A stretch of DNA of 64,000 nt from Lama glama (Eukaryota). The stretch covers positions 1-64,000 of the forward strand of contig CM052817.1 in the NCBI GenBank assembly GCA_028534125.1, in the 5' to 3' direction. A program made the translations under genes and the position numbers. How positions within the stretch are numbered: the first letter of the stretch is position 1; every line of letters starts with the position of its first letter. This document shows positions 11,981 to 24,375 of this stretch, piece after piece. The notes below the pieces were generated by a model that was not told the DNA's origin, made no database searches, and was given only the letters and a program-made list of their open reading frames with translations.

Positions 11981-14900
11981 CCCTCCCCCCTGCCCCGTTC
12001 TCCTCCGGGTCTCATTGCTTCCTTCCCATTTCAGGCTGTGCTTATGGAAAGGACTGGTGATTGCTTCCCTTTTTCCTCTATGTCACCATGAGTGGGGAAT
12101 GGTCTTAGATCCTAACAGGACATAAGGTTGGCTGTTCTGCTTGTATAGGTAGGGGACCCAGAAGGCCTCGGTGGTACTGGCAGAGCCCCCCTCTCAAGAG
12201 GCCGAGTACTGAATGGAAGGTGGTAGGTTTAGGAAGAAGTCCTTTCTGGAAGTGTGTGGCTAGAGGGGAGCCACTTTTCAAATTATGACTTGAAGCCCCA
12301 GCCTGTCCCTTGATGCTGCCAAGTCATCTGCTGTCTTATAGAGATACTTGTAGTCCCTTTGCAGGCACAGGGCCAAATAGCTTTCCTATGGAATTGTGCA
12401 GTTTCTGTGCTATCTCAGGGCTAAGCCTTGCTCTTACGGCCACGGAGGCCAAACTGGTCTTGGTACCTTCCCTGCCTTCCCTTTCAGACCTTCCACTCCC
12501 TTCATGGCTCTGGGACTCAGCATAGTCACCCTTAGCCCCTGGGCATCCTGCTCTCCTGTGAGCTCTCTGCCAGTCCAGTCAGTCCTTGCCTCCTTCTTAG
12601 CTGAGAAGCACTTAAGGTACAATTCCTTGAGGGAGGGGGTACAGGCAGACGCCCCTGATTACCCAGGGTTCAGTATCTGAGCCCCAAAGTTATAAGGTGG
12701 CCTGGGGGAGAAACAGTTGTTAGAACACAATAGTGACTGATGAACTTAGCCACCACTCATAAAAGGTGTCATGCAAATACCCCAACCCTAATTAAACCAG
12801 CCTCCTTCCCAGCCAGCCCCATCCCCTTGACAGCCACCCTCCAGCTGATTTTCAGTGTCTTACAAACGCAGAATAAGATGCAAATCAAATGCACTTTCAT
12901 TAAGGTGGAGAACTACTGCTCATGGGTAAACCCCCTAACGAGGAATTGGCAGAATTGAAGCAGGTAACAGAGGAGAGAAAATTGACAAGGACACTGACTG
13001 CACAGGCTCTTCAAAAGAAGGTGATTTGAATATCAAAGGTGGAAGAGAAGCCCTCAGGAAACTGATGAAACTCATGAATATTTTTGCAAAAATATTCCTC
13101 TTTAACTTCCTGTCCTTGAATGTGGATGAAGGAAGACATACTGTGTTGTCATATAATGTTCTCAAACAGCTAATGCCAAAAGCCACAACTCATTCTTTTT
13201 ATCCATCTAAAAATTAAGTGCACAATTCCCACACAACACAACATCCAGTTTATAAAACAGATAAAATATATTTTTATAATTTTCAGTTTTGTTCGAAGAT
13301 AAAGTTCCGATCAAACCTATTTTTTTCTCCTTACTATTTACTATGCCATTTTAGATAAGGTTGGTGAGGGCAGTGATAAGGGGCCAAAGGCAGGTCTAAG
13401 GAAGAAAAAAAAATATTTTAAGCAGAGGCAACAGCTAACAGGATGTAGAATGGAACTTTTCCTGTTGTCCTAGGTGTTGGCTGAAGCTTCAAAGCTCAAG
13501 TCCATGTATGATAAGGACCCCCACATTCTAAAGAGAGGTGCTGAAGAAAATGCCACAGGACTCGAGAAGGCAAGGCTAGAGGTTCCTGAGAGAAGGTTCT
13601 TGGAAGGGAATTTGTAAGAGGAGCAAGCTGTCTTTTTCCTTCCTTCTACATAGGGAAGGGGCTTTAGCTCCCCCGCCAAAGCAAGCAAAGAAGGGGGGGT
13701 CCAAGAGAACTTCAGGTTTGGGGATGTCTTGCAGGGAAGGGGAAAAACTTGCCTCTCATCACATAGAAGCTTGTTGAGTGGCAAAAACATTTCAGCTTGC
13801 GTGCTGCTGCTGCCAGAGTGGAGGGAGTCAAGGGCCTTGAGAGAGCTTGCCATGTGCTTCCTAGAGTTAGGGGCCATGAGGACTGGGAGCTTGGAAAGCC
13901 GGAGGCTGGCCGGAGCGGGGTGGCGGGGTAACTCCCATACCTTAAGGGCAGCAGGGATAGTAAGATGCATTTCTGCCACTTGAAAGGCTGCGAGTGAGTA
14001 GACTTCCATGCTTGCTTGGGCGTTAGAGGGCTACCTTCTGCAGCAGGGGTCCCCGCAGAGTGGGTTTGAGAGGTCAGCTGGAGAATGCAGTGTGGGAAGG
14101 CTCCGCAGTAGGGGTGGGAGAGGGTATCTCAAGAGTCACATTCATCTGCCCTGAAAAGAGGGGATTCCAGACACAGGCAAAAGCCACACACAACATACAT
14201 ATTGATCATCATGGCCTCTGCCCTTTTGCTCTCATTTTTCCTCATCTGCTCAGCCCTGGAGGATCCTGAAGAAGGTGGGAGGGAGGAGAATGAAGGAACA
14301 AGTCATGCCCCATCCCCACTGCAGGGTCTTAACCCCCCTGTCAGACCAGAGCCAGCAGAGGAAAGGAGCGTTACATTGGAGGTGAGACTCAAGTTTGGGT
14401 GCAGATTGGAACTTTTAATACCCTAAAATGGAACTGTTCTGATATCTGAAAGTGATCAAAGTCCTGAGATCTGCTTGGAGGAATCACCAAAGAACAAGAA
14501 AGTTGATCCAGACAGAGCTCCTTCAAAAACAGTGGCAGGGAAAAAACCATATTGACTTTTACCAAGTTCAGGTTGCTAAACTGGTGACATGTTTGAGGAA
14601 GAGGAATATTCCAGTTGCAACAGGGGAGTTTTTCCATTTTGCAAGTGCACTTATGCTTGGACTTTCATACCCAAGACAGAGCTCCTGCCCTGAAGAAACA
14701 CCCAGTCTAGTGGGAAACCTGGAAAGAAAGCAGTGATTAGAACACAGTGTCATATTGGGAGAGTGTACAGGGCACTATACAGACATAGAGGAGGGCCACC
14801 AACTCGATCCTGGGGTCTAGGCAAGGCTTCCAGTGAGGTGCTATCTTGGTTTTTATAGAAAAGAAAGAGCTGATCAGACAAAAGGGGAGGTGGGAGGTAG

Positions 14901-17169
14901 GGTAGAGACAGACTGGGTAGCACTGGGGAGTGTTGACAACAAATTGACTTTTAGCTGTGCTGGTCATGTAAGTGAACATGGGCCTGAAAGTCGGGAGCCC
15001 TGGCTGTGCACTAGCGATCCTGGCAGCACCACCGCCGTGCGGTATCTGGATCCCTGGGGGGTGGGTCAGATCTCTCAGAACAAGTGCACACAGAGAAGAC
15101 AGAGGCTGTGGATACAAGTTGGTCAGATGCACTTGAGAATGCCTGCTCCCCCGACCTCCAACACCTAAATCCTGTTCTAGGACCCTGGGGCAAGTATACA
15201 TAAAAAAGATAGCAGAGGATTCCCCGAAGGAATGGATGTTTGAGGGCTTTGGCTCTTGACTTCAGGGAAGACCCCCTAGCCCTGGAGAGCTGGTCTTCAC
15301 TAATGGAGCCACACAGAGTCTCTGGACTGTGAAAGGCAGACCCAAGACTTAGATCCAACAGACTGAGTGGCCACCTGTCTTCGTAAGCCTAGATTCAAGT
15401 CTCCTCTCTGTCGTATCCTTTTTAAAGAGAGGCAAGGTGAACCCTAGAAAAGGCATAGCAAAAAAGGTAAGGAAACCAAGAGAGGTTTATTCCAGGTTTG
15501 GAGCATTGGTGATGGAAACTGCACCTTAGGGCGTGTGCTTTCCCAGCAGTAGAAGGCCTCAGGCTGACTCACTATCCAGGAGGATACGAACCCCACAGGC
15601 GAGTCCAAGAGAAGGAAGGCACCAACTCCAAAACTTTTGGCTCAAGAAAATGTCTTCACCGTGAAGTAACTACATGCCAGCCAGTCTCGCCCTAAGAGTT
15701 AAAAAGCCATCAGTTCCCCTAGAGGCCAGGAGGGATGCCCAGGAGGGATGAAAAGAGAAAAATGGGACGTAATGGTTGGAAACATGAGGGAAGCTACAGG
15801 AGAGTGTGTTCCCATAGAAGCTGGAGGGAAAGAGTTTAGAAAGTTGACTCATAGATCCAAAAAGCATCTAGTTGGATGTGGCTCCAGTGCAGTGATGGGT
15901 TCAAGACCAGACTGCAGTGAGCCCAGGTAGGGATGGGACATAAGCAGTCAGAGGTCGGGAGTAGAGATTGCCCTTTCCTAAGGCTGCCTGGGAAGAAAAG
16001 GCAATAGTGTGAGAAACAAGGAGTACTTGTATGAATTGGTGGCCTGAGAGAGGGTTTTTCTCTTTCTCTGGTTGGGAAATCATAGAGCCGGTTTGAATGA
16101 TGACGGGGAGGAGGGAGGGGGAGGTTGAAGAGATGAACGAATGGGTCATGACTGATGAAACAAGGACTCGGGAAGCAGGAAGGGATGGAGCTAGAAGAGC
16201 AATGTGTCACACAGGTGATTAGCCTTGGATAAGAACAGGAACGGTTTTTCCACTAAGCCGGGGAAGGAGCAAAGAGCAGAGGAGATGGGGTGGATGTAGA
16301 TACGTGATAACTGGAGGGGCAGAAAGGTTATCTTTGTTTGCTTTCCTGGTGGGCAAGAAGGTTGGTGAATAACATAGCAAGGAAAGCATTTCATACTTTC
16401 AAAATACTTCCATAAATATTTCATTTAATCCTCACAACAAGCCAAACAGTTCTTCTGGTTGGTTCCAAATCTGGGTACACACCCCAGGTTCTCTATTACT
16501 CTTGGCTATCTGAGTTGGTGCTCCATCCTCCCACACAACTAGAACTCTCTCAGACTAATCTTTCCCCATTTGTTGGCCCAAGCCAACTCATAAGTTCTTC
16601 TTACAGCTGCTGCCATTGAGGGGACCCAAACAACAATTGGTTCATTTCTACCTTATCTCTGTGCCACAAACTTCTCTGCCATCCAGTGGCATCAGCACCA
16701 GCATGTCTGGCCAGTGTTCATGTCCTGATCTGTCACAAAAAAGGACATTGAACAAATCCAGATCTACATTAGACGTGTGATGCTACCACTTAGCTATAGC
16801 CAAGGAATAGTCCCTGACCTAATGGGCATTCAACTTGAGATGATTTGGCCACTTACCCATTTAACTTTCTTATAGACACTCAATATCCAAAGGACGTGGG
16901 GTAGTGGCTATGCTCCATCAGTCTCTCAGATTCCAGGCTGTCGATGGTCCCATGGTCTTTCTCCCTGACGTTTCCATTCGCAGGTAGCACCTGTAGCCAA
17001 CAACACATCTCTTGGTATCCCCTGGTGGTTCGTCATGATGTGAAAGAGGGGAGAAGGGCAGTGTTAAAGCTGCAAAAAATGTGAAAGGCAGAAAATTGCA
17101 TTGGATCAAGGAAGCAACCCTGTGACTGTCAAGTCAGATGACATCTTTCTGCTTTTGTACCAGTTGTTT

Positions 17170-17342
17170 TGAAGGCTACTCTGCAAGAGAAATTTTGAAA
17201 ATGCTTTGAGCAATAATGGCGTCATTGGACTAAAAAGATGCTTTCAAGACCAACATTTATCTGGGTATACATATGTATATTCGGGTGATGCATTCTAATG
17301 TGCTTGTGAAAAAGTTTCACAATTTTATGATCATAGTTTATG
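17170..17342. mobile_element. MARNA-like mariner DNA transposon end
   Basis: AAAATGCTTTGAGCAATAATGGCGTCATTGGA...TTTATGATCATAGTTTA resembles the recalled MARNA terminus. Confidence 0.45.
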
Positions 17343-18000
17343 CAGTCCATCAAGCTGTGCTCTGACTGCTAAAATGAAATTCTTCCTGCTGAGTTGGAAA
17401 GATATTTTTAAATATGGGTTCACTATCCAACTTTGTGCTGAGTATCTTTAAACTTTCCAGTCCAAAAGAAGATTGAGGCTTTTTGACATTATGAATCAAC
17501 AGTGTGGTTAAAGGTCATAGGTTTAAGAAATTTTGACACAGTTTAGCTTTGACCTGTGCATACAAGAGGCAGATCTTTTTGACCCCAGAGCGAAGGTAAA
17601 ACTGCCAATGCTGATAGGTCAGCTCCAGAAAGCAAAATTACTTTGTTTTGAAGGTGGCTGTTTTCCTGGATGCTTGTGCTTTAGTATAAACCAAACAGAC
17701 TCACCAGGCACTGGGCAAAAGTAAAATACAAGCCAGGACACTCTTTCTTCTCAGGGAAACTGTCCTGATGACTCAGGACAATTAGTTCAAGAGATCTCCG
17801 CCCACCATCTCCTATCCCTTTCCTTCACTGTCCGTCCATCTTTTTGTGCCTGTTCCAGGCGCCATGTTAAGTGCACTGGACACAGGCGCGAGCTCGCCCA
17901 GGCCTGACCCTTGGTGCACTCCAGGCACGATGGACACGCCCCCTCTGGCCTTTTTGTTCTTGGCTGTTTCAGGAACCACCTCTCAGTACCTCCACCAGAC

Positions 18001-18500
18001 NNNNNNNNNNNNNNNNNNNNNNNNNNNNNNNNNNNNNNNNNNNNNNNNNNNNNNNNNNNNNNNNNNNNNNNNNNNNNNNNNNNNNNNNNNNNNNNNNNNN
18101 NNNNNNNNNNNNNNNNNNNNNNNNNNNNNNNNNNNNNNNNNNNNNNNNNNNNNNNNNNNNNNNNNNNNNNNNNNNNNNNNNNNNNNNNNNNNNNNNNNNN
18201 NNNNNNNNNNNNNNNNNNNNNNNNNNNNNNNNNNNNNNNNNNNNNNNNNNNNNNNNNNNNNNNNNNNNNNNNNNNNNNNNNNNNNNNNNNNNNNNNNNNN
18301 NNNNNNNNNNNNNNNNNNNNNNNNNNNNNNNNNNNNNNNNNNNNNNNNNNNNNNNNNNNNNNNNNNNNNNNNNNNNNNNNNNNNNNNNNNNNNNNNNNNN
18401 NNNNNNNNNNNNNNNNNNNNNNNNNNNNNNNNNNNNNNNNNNNNNNNNNNNNNNNNNNNNNNNNNNNNNNNNNNNNNNNNNNNNNNNNNNNNNNNNNNNN
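18001..18500. other. Assembly gap (500 N)
   Basis: A run of exactly 500 N; true size and adjacency are unknown. Confidence 1.
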
Positions 18501-18790
18501 ACTTTAGCTTGGTGTCACTATGATTGTGTCTAAGCCCATACATTTGCACAGCCCAAAGGTCAATCATAATCTACTCAAATTTAGCGGTTTAGGGAGTAGC
18601 AGCATCGCAAGGTGGAACACACACTGTGACAGAATCTAACTGTATTAGAAATGGGTGTAAAAACTCACAGTCGGTGGTGGGCAAGAGGTGCTGACCTAAG
18701 TGAACTTTGGAAATGCACAGAACAGTTCTGCAAAGGCAGAACGGACCACTGTTAACCTGTGGGCTTTGTATTATAAAGTTCTTTCCGGGG
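18501..18790 (+). mobile_element. L1MC-like 3' UTR fragment
   Basis: AACTGTATTAGAAATG...GGTGCTGACCTAAGTGAACTTTGGAAATG. Confidence 0.55.
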
Positions 18791-20149
18791 TGTAGTGGCT
18801 AACGATTCTGAAACCACTGTGAATGGAACCTGGAAAAGAGAAATGAGTTGATAAAGGGCAGGTGGTGGGAGCCAGGCTCCTCGCTGTGGGAATGGGAAGT
18901 CACAGATGAGCAAGGGGAGAGCCTTGGCCCTCCTACTCCTGGATCTGAGCTTCCTAGGTGGATGGTGTGGGGAGTGGACTGGCCAGGGCAAGGCACAGCT
19001 CTTTACCCTGGGAAGGTCCTGCAGATGTAGGAACCTCACACCCCTTCCTTCCCCCCATACCTGCTGGAAACACCCAGACCTTTGAAATCAGCCAATGCAG
19101 CTTTTCAGACATTCTCACCCTGAGGCAGATAAAGGAGACTGAGGGCCTTGCACTGCTACCCAGCTGTCCCAGGATCCAGGGCCTGGAGGGTGGAGTCAGG
19201 ACGGGGTACCTGGATCTCTGACCAGCATGTCAGAGCAAGGAAGAAGACCAGTCCTGACAGCAGGGGTCTCTTGAAGTCTGTGAGCCCAGGGTCCTGATGG
19301 GGTTCATTCCCTGTGCGGACATGGGCGGGACCTGCAGTGGTTCTATTTTCCACCTGAGCCAGGTGGATGAAGCCAGGGCTGCAATGGGCTCAGGGGTCTC
19401 CTGGTGGTGTTTCAAACTCTGACATGGTGGTTTTACAAAGGAACAGGAGAGTGAAGCTGAGCACCTGACAGCCACTCCTCTCTGGCTCTGAGCTGCTTGC
19501 ATCAGGACCACAGTCCCCTGCATGGAGTCTGCTGTAACCCACCTGCCCCCACTCAGCCTCTCCCCTTCCTCCCTAGGCCCCTCTCCCAGGTCAGATGCAT
19601 CTGTCTAAACACTGCGTCCTCCTCTAACCTTGAGGCTAAGAGACCCCTCACAGGACTATGATCCTGCCACTTCCCACACCCTAGGAGGCAGCCCCGCCTT
19701 CCCTGGTTGCTGAGCCCAGACACCTGGGGCCTCCCAGTCCCCCACTTTCCTTGTGCCCCATTGACTGTCAGCTCCTCCTCCAGAGTCTATGGCCAGTCCA
19801 CACAGGACTTCCCCTCTACAGCCCTGGCCCAAGCTGGATATTGTGCCTGGCTCCTCCATCAGGCCCTGACAAAGCTCCTGCCCCAACAGTGCATCTCACA
19901 TCCCATCCCAACTTTCTGAAGCATCAGTGAGATGGTGGCTCCCTCCCACCTGTAATCCTCCAAAGTTTCCCCACTCTGGCTGGGCTGTCTGCTTGGAGAG
20001 ACGTCCACCAGGGCCATGAGGGTCCCTGGCACCCCCGCTAGGCTGCTGGCTCCTGGGTTCCCTGACACTGAGCACCTCAGCAGGCCAGGTGACACAGCCT
20101 GAAACCCCACAGCTGCTCACCTCAGGAGGGACTGGCACTGCAGCTGCTC

Positions 20150-20352
20150 CATCAAAGAGAGCAGAGAAGGGCTCCCCAGCTGAGACACAAACAGTCCTCC
20201 TTGGTCTTTACTGTTTAAAATCAAATCCCTCTCTCCACGAGGGTGAGAAGCTGATCTGTGATCTAAGTTCCCGCTTCTCCAGTCTTTGACCACTGAATAA
20301 AGCTTGTGCTGCATGGATATCAGCTTCAGTCTTGTTTTTGGCTGCACAAACC
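20150..20352 (+). mobile_element. ERV LTR-like 3' portion abutting the NUMT
   Basis: TTTAAAA TATA-like element, then GAATAAAGCTTG and a U5-like tail. Confidence 0.45.
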
Positions 20353-20444
20353 CAAACTAGCATCCATTCTACACTTTCTTTTAATTATTCTAATTCTTGT
20401 CCTTTTACTAATAATAAGCATATTATAACCTCCTGAAATGAAGA

Positions 20445-20511
20445 GTCTTTGTCGTGTATTTACTACCCTGGTCCTGTAGACTCGAAAAGGAGAACATACC
20501 TCCCTGAGACT
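20445..20511 (+). pseudogene. mt-tRNA-Thr pseudogene within the NUMT
   Basis: GTCTTTGT...GGTCCTGTAGAC...CTCCCTGAGACT immediately after the CYTB AGA; anticodon TGT at 20475-20477; degenerate. Confidence 0.8.
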
Positions 20512-20577
20512 CCAGAGAGAAGCTCCAGCTCCACCTTCAGCTTCCAAGTTTGAGGTTCCACTTAAACTACTCCCTGA
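20512..20577 (-). pseudogene. mt-tRNA-Pro pseudogene within the NUMT
   Basis: Position after tRNA-Thr and the ending CTTAAACTACTCCCTGA match the mt tRNA-Pro locus, which is encoded on the opposite strand; degenerate. Confidence 0.75.
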
Positions 20578-21144
20578 ACAGCTTTCTTACCTTGTTCCTT
20601 GAGTGCTGTCTCTAAGGGCTGTGTGAGTGTGAGAAAATGACACCATGAAAACGAACATTGCAGTTTACCTGGTGCGCTACATGCCCTTCCACCCACAGAA
20701 GCTCAGTACAGACGCTTCACCATACGTAACACTGATACGTATAATTGGGAACTAATCAGCTAACCCACGTGCATACGCGTGCACGTCAGCCTACTGCTAT
20801 TACAGGACACAGTAAACAGTTCAATCCATATTAGACTCCAGTGCCTACAAACATCGCCAGGGGTAACTGAAGTGACTGATATTACATAGAACATATGTTT
20901 ACTAATCATACTACCACACTGAGTGCAAACATTTCCAGTCAGCATGCTTATCATCACCGATAACCAGCGCTTCATCATCAAGCCTCGATAAGCCATCAGC
21001 CCGCCCACAAACCTGCCTCTCTCCTCATTCTGGGCCCATGATCTGTGGGAATTTCTGCCAATGAACTGTAACTGGCATCTGGTTTTTACTTCAGGGCCCT
21101 CTCACCTAAAACTGCCCACTTGCCCCCTTAAATAAGACATCTCA

Positions 21145-21480
21145 ATGGTGTTTTCCACAGTAATAAAAACAAATCACCCTAATATTTGTGTGGATCCACA
21201 AAGGACTCCAAATAGCCAAAGCGACCCTGAGAAAGGAGAACGAGCCGGAGGCATCTCCCTCCCTGACTTCACACTACAGCACAAAGCTACTCACGAAAAC
21301 AGCGTGGAATTGGCACAGAAACAGGCATGTGGAGCAGAGGAACAGAGAGAAACAAACCCATGATGACAAGGTCAGTTAAGGTATGACAAAAGAGCTTATA
21401 AACACAAGAGGAAAGGATGGTCCCCACAAGCAGCAGTGCTGGGCACCACATGCTGTCTACACTGCACACAAAACTGGTAA
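21145..21480 (+). mobile_element. L1 ORF2 fragment
   Basis: WIHKGLQIAKATLRKEN..., GGISLPDF, WNWHRNRH resemble L1 ORF2. Confidence 0.8.
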
Positions 21481-21789
21481 CACCTGGTTTTACACACCAA
21501 GCCCTTCCTGGTTGTCTGAAGCCCACTCCCACCCCACTACAAGCCATGACCCGTGCACAGGGAGCTTCTCCCATCTTTCTTCACCTGTTCCTCCCCGCAG
21601 TGCCTGGATCATTGGGAAATCCAGCTCCTGTCCGCGTGGATGCTGCCCCATCTGGCCCTGAAGTTGAAGTCCTGGTGGGTCCCAAGGAGACTGAGCTCCT
21701 GCTGCATAGATGCTGACCTGCCACGTGACCCAAACTGCAGCCCCAGAGGTAAATGAGCAGACAAACTCCCCTCAGTTGCACTCAGAGCC

Positions 21790-22135
21790 ACTTATTCAAA
21801 ATCATAGAAGAAAACAGAAGAGAATTGACACAAGCTTGGGTTTGGTCATGTACATCATGAGCTTTGAGTTTTAACCCAACACAAGAAGGCAATCCAGAAA
21901 GAAACTCAAGGAATATCATGAACTTCATAAAATTAAAGATTTCTACTCTGAAAGACCTTATTCAGAAAATCTAGACAGGTCAAAAACTGGAAGAAAAAGA
22001 GTTGCAAACACACATCTAATAAAGGATTTGTCTCAAAATACATAAAGAATTCTAACACAGACAACCCCATTAAAAATAGAGAAAGATCTAAGCAGACACT
22101 TGGCCAAAGAAGATATACAGATAGTATACCAAAAT
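21790..22135 (+). mobile_element. L1 ORF2 3' fragment
   Basis: AACTTCATAAAATTAAAGATTTCTACTCTG...AGACACTTGGCCAAAGAAGATATACAGAT. Confidence 0.7.
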
Positions 22136-22322
22136 ACACCCGGGACTCGGGGTGGGGTAGGGGAGGAAGTGCAGAAAAAACACTGTTCAGCTCAACTCCC
22201 TGAGTCATATGTGACCCAGGACTTGTCCTGTCCTTCCTGGAGGCCTCAGATAGATGGATAGGGAGGAAGGGGAAGAGGGCCAGTTATGCTTAAATCTAAC
22301 TCTAGCCCTGACCCATCTTGCA

Positions 22323-24375
22323 CCTTCATTCGACATGGTCTAGGGAGTCCGAGCCATAGTAAATAGATGAAAAAAAAAAAAAGAAATCTGATGGCAGAAG
22401 AAAAAGTAAATCTGTCACTGTTTGTAGATGGCATGATACTCTGTATAGAAAACCCTGAAGATGACACAGAAAAACAAATAGAACTCATCAGAAAATTCAA
22501 TTAAGTTGCAGGATACAAAATTAACCCACAGAACTTATTTCCATCTCTATACATTCTGGCAAATGAGCAAACTAGCAAATGAGAAATTAAGAAAACAACC
22601 CCACTGACAATGAACTGGACAAAAATAAAATACCTAAGAGTACACCTAACCCAGCAGGTACCAAGCTGCACCCAGAAAACTGGGAGGCACTGATAAAAGA
22701 AACTGAAGGCGACACAAACAATGGAAAGATACACTGTGTTTGTAGACTGGAAGAAGTGGTACTGCTAAAAGGACCCCAGGCTCCAAGGCCATCTAGAGAT
22801 TCGATGCCAATCCTAGCAACACACCAATGGAATTCTTAAGAGAAGCAGAACAAAGAATTCCAAACTGTGTGTGAACGTGAACAATCCATACAATCTTAAG
22901 AAAGAAGCACAAACCTTTCATATCTCACTCCCTGGTGCCAAACTCTACTACAATCCTATAATCATCCACACAGTATGGTACTGGCACAAAAGAAATGCAC
23001 ATAAATTCATAGAACAGAATTCAGAGCCCAGAAATAAACCCATGCTTGTGTGGTCAATTCATCTATGACAAAGGAGGTGAGAATATACAATGGGGGAAAG
23101 ACAGCATCTTCCATAAGTGGCTTTGGGAAAACTGGACAGTTACATGCACAGGAATCAAACTGGAACCCTTTCTCATACCATCTACAAAGACAACCTCAAA
23201 GTGAATCGAATACTTCAATGTAGGACCTGAAGCCACAAAAGTCTAGAAGAAAACACAGGCAGTAAGCTCTTTCACATCAGTCTTAGCAATATTCTTTTGG
23301 ATCTGTCTCCTCAAGCAAGAGAAACAAAAGCAAAATAAACCAATGGGACACCATCCAGCTGAAAAGCTTTTGAACAACAAAAGAAACCATTCCCAAAATG
23401 AAAAGGCTGAATGTGAAAAAACATTCGCAAAAAATGCATCTGAAAGGGGTTCACATCCAAAACAGACCAACTAAAAATTCACACAACTCAACCACCAAAA
23501 ACCAAAAAAGCCTAATTAAAAAATTGGCAGAAGATCGAATCTTTTTCCACAGAATATATGCAGATGGCCAATGGACACATGAAAAGATGATCAATACTAC
23601 TCATCATCAAAGAAATGCACATGAAAACCACAAGGAGATGATCTCCACACAACCAAAAGAATGCCTACCATCCAAAGACAACGAATGACAAGCACACAGT
23701 AAGGATGTGGAGGAAAGGAAATCCACATGCACTTTTGTTTGGAACGTCCATTGTTACAGCCACTATGGCAAACAGTATGAAGGGTCCTCAAAAAATTGAA
23801 AATAGAACTAACATATGATGCAGGAATTACACTTTGGGGTATCTTTACTAATATATATATATATATATATATTTTCCTCATACACACGCAAAATGGAAAA
23901 TGACTCAGCCAAAAAAAGAATGGAATCTTGTGACAACATGAATGAACCTAGAGGGTGTAATGCTAAGTGAGCTGTATCAGACATGGAGAAGATAGCTTAT
24001 GGTGTCACTTTTCTGTAAAATCTACACAACACAACAAATGAACAAAGAGGAAAACAGAAACGGACTCATAGATCCCAAGAACATGCTGGTGGTTGCAGAG
24101 GAGAGAGGGCTGGGGGCATGAGTGCAACAGGTGAGAAAGACTAACACACACAAACTTCCAGTCACACAACAAGTGTCACAGAGATGTCATGTGCAGCATA
24201 GGGAATAGGGTCCATAACACTGTGCTGACATTGTATGGTGACCAGTGGTCACTAGACTCACCGCGGTGATCATCTGGCCACATATAGAAATACCAAATCA
24301 CTATGTTGTATACCAGAAAACTAATATAATACTGCCTGTCTCTTATACATCAATTTTTTTAAAAGAAGAAAAACT
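22323..24375 (+). mobile_element. 5'-truncated L1 (RT end through 3' UTR and A-rich tail), decayed
   Basis: SLFVDGMILCIENP (recalled FADDM motif region), TVWYWHK, Cys-rich tail and 3' UTR; many frameshifts. Confidence 0.88.

Larger units (their letters stand above)
20353..21148 (+). pseudogene. NUMT: mitochondrial CYTB 3' end, tRNA-Thr, tRNA-Pro and control region (D-loop)
   Basis: CTAGCATCCATTCTA...CTCCTGAAATGAAGA (CYTB end with AGA stop), followed by tRNA-Thr-like and tRNA-Pro-like segments, then the central conserved block GGCATCTGGTTTTTACTTCAGGGCC...AATAAGACATCTC, all in mtDNA order. Confidence 0.92.

Noticed and set aside
13470..14009. 179-aa minus-strand ORF
   Set aside because: No recognisable domain or splice structure; the Ser/Pro/Leu-rich composition is typical of chance ORFs.
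14920..14985. SECIS-like ATGA...AAAA on the minus strand
   Set aside because: No matching downstream GA for the non-Watson-Crick quartet and no convincing stem.
17846..18567. Long ORFs of 194-225 aa in the ORF track
   Set aside because: Artefacts of reading through the N gap.
19207..19275. Signal-peptide-like stretch KRPLLSGLVFFLALTCWSEIQ followed by a donor (minus strand)
   Set aside because: No adjacent start ATG and no downstream exons found; the evidence is insufficient.
20445..20577. Functional tRNA genes
   Set aside because: Degenerate mitochondrial-type tRNAs inside a NUMT, so treated as pseudogenes.
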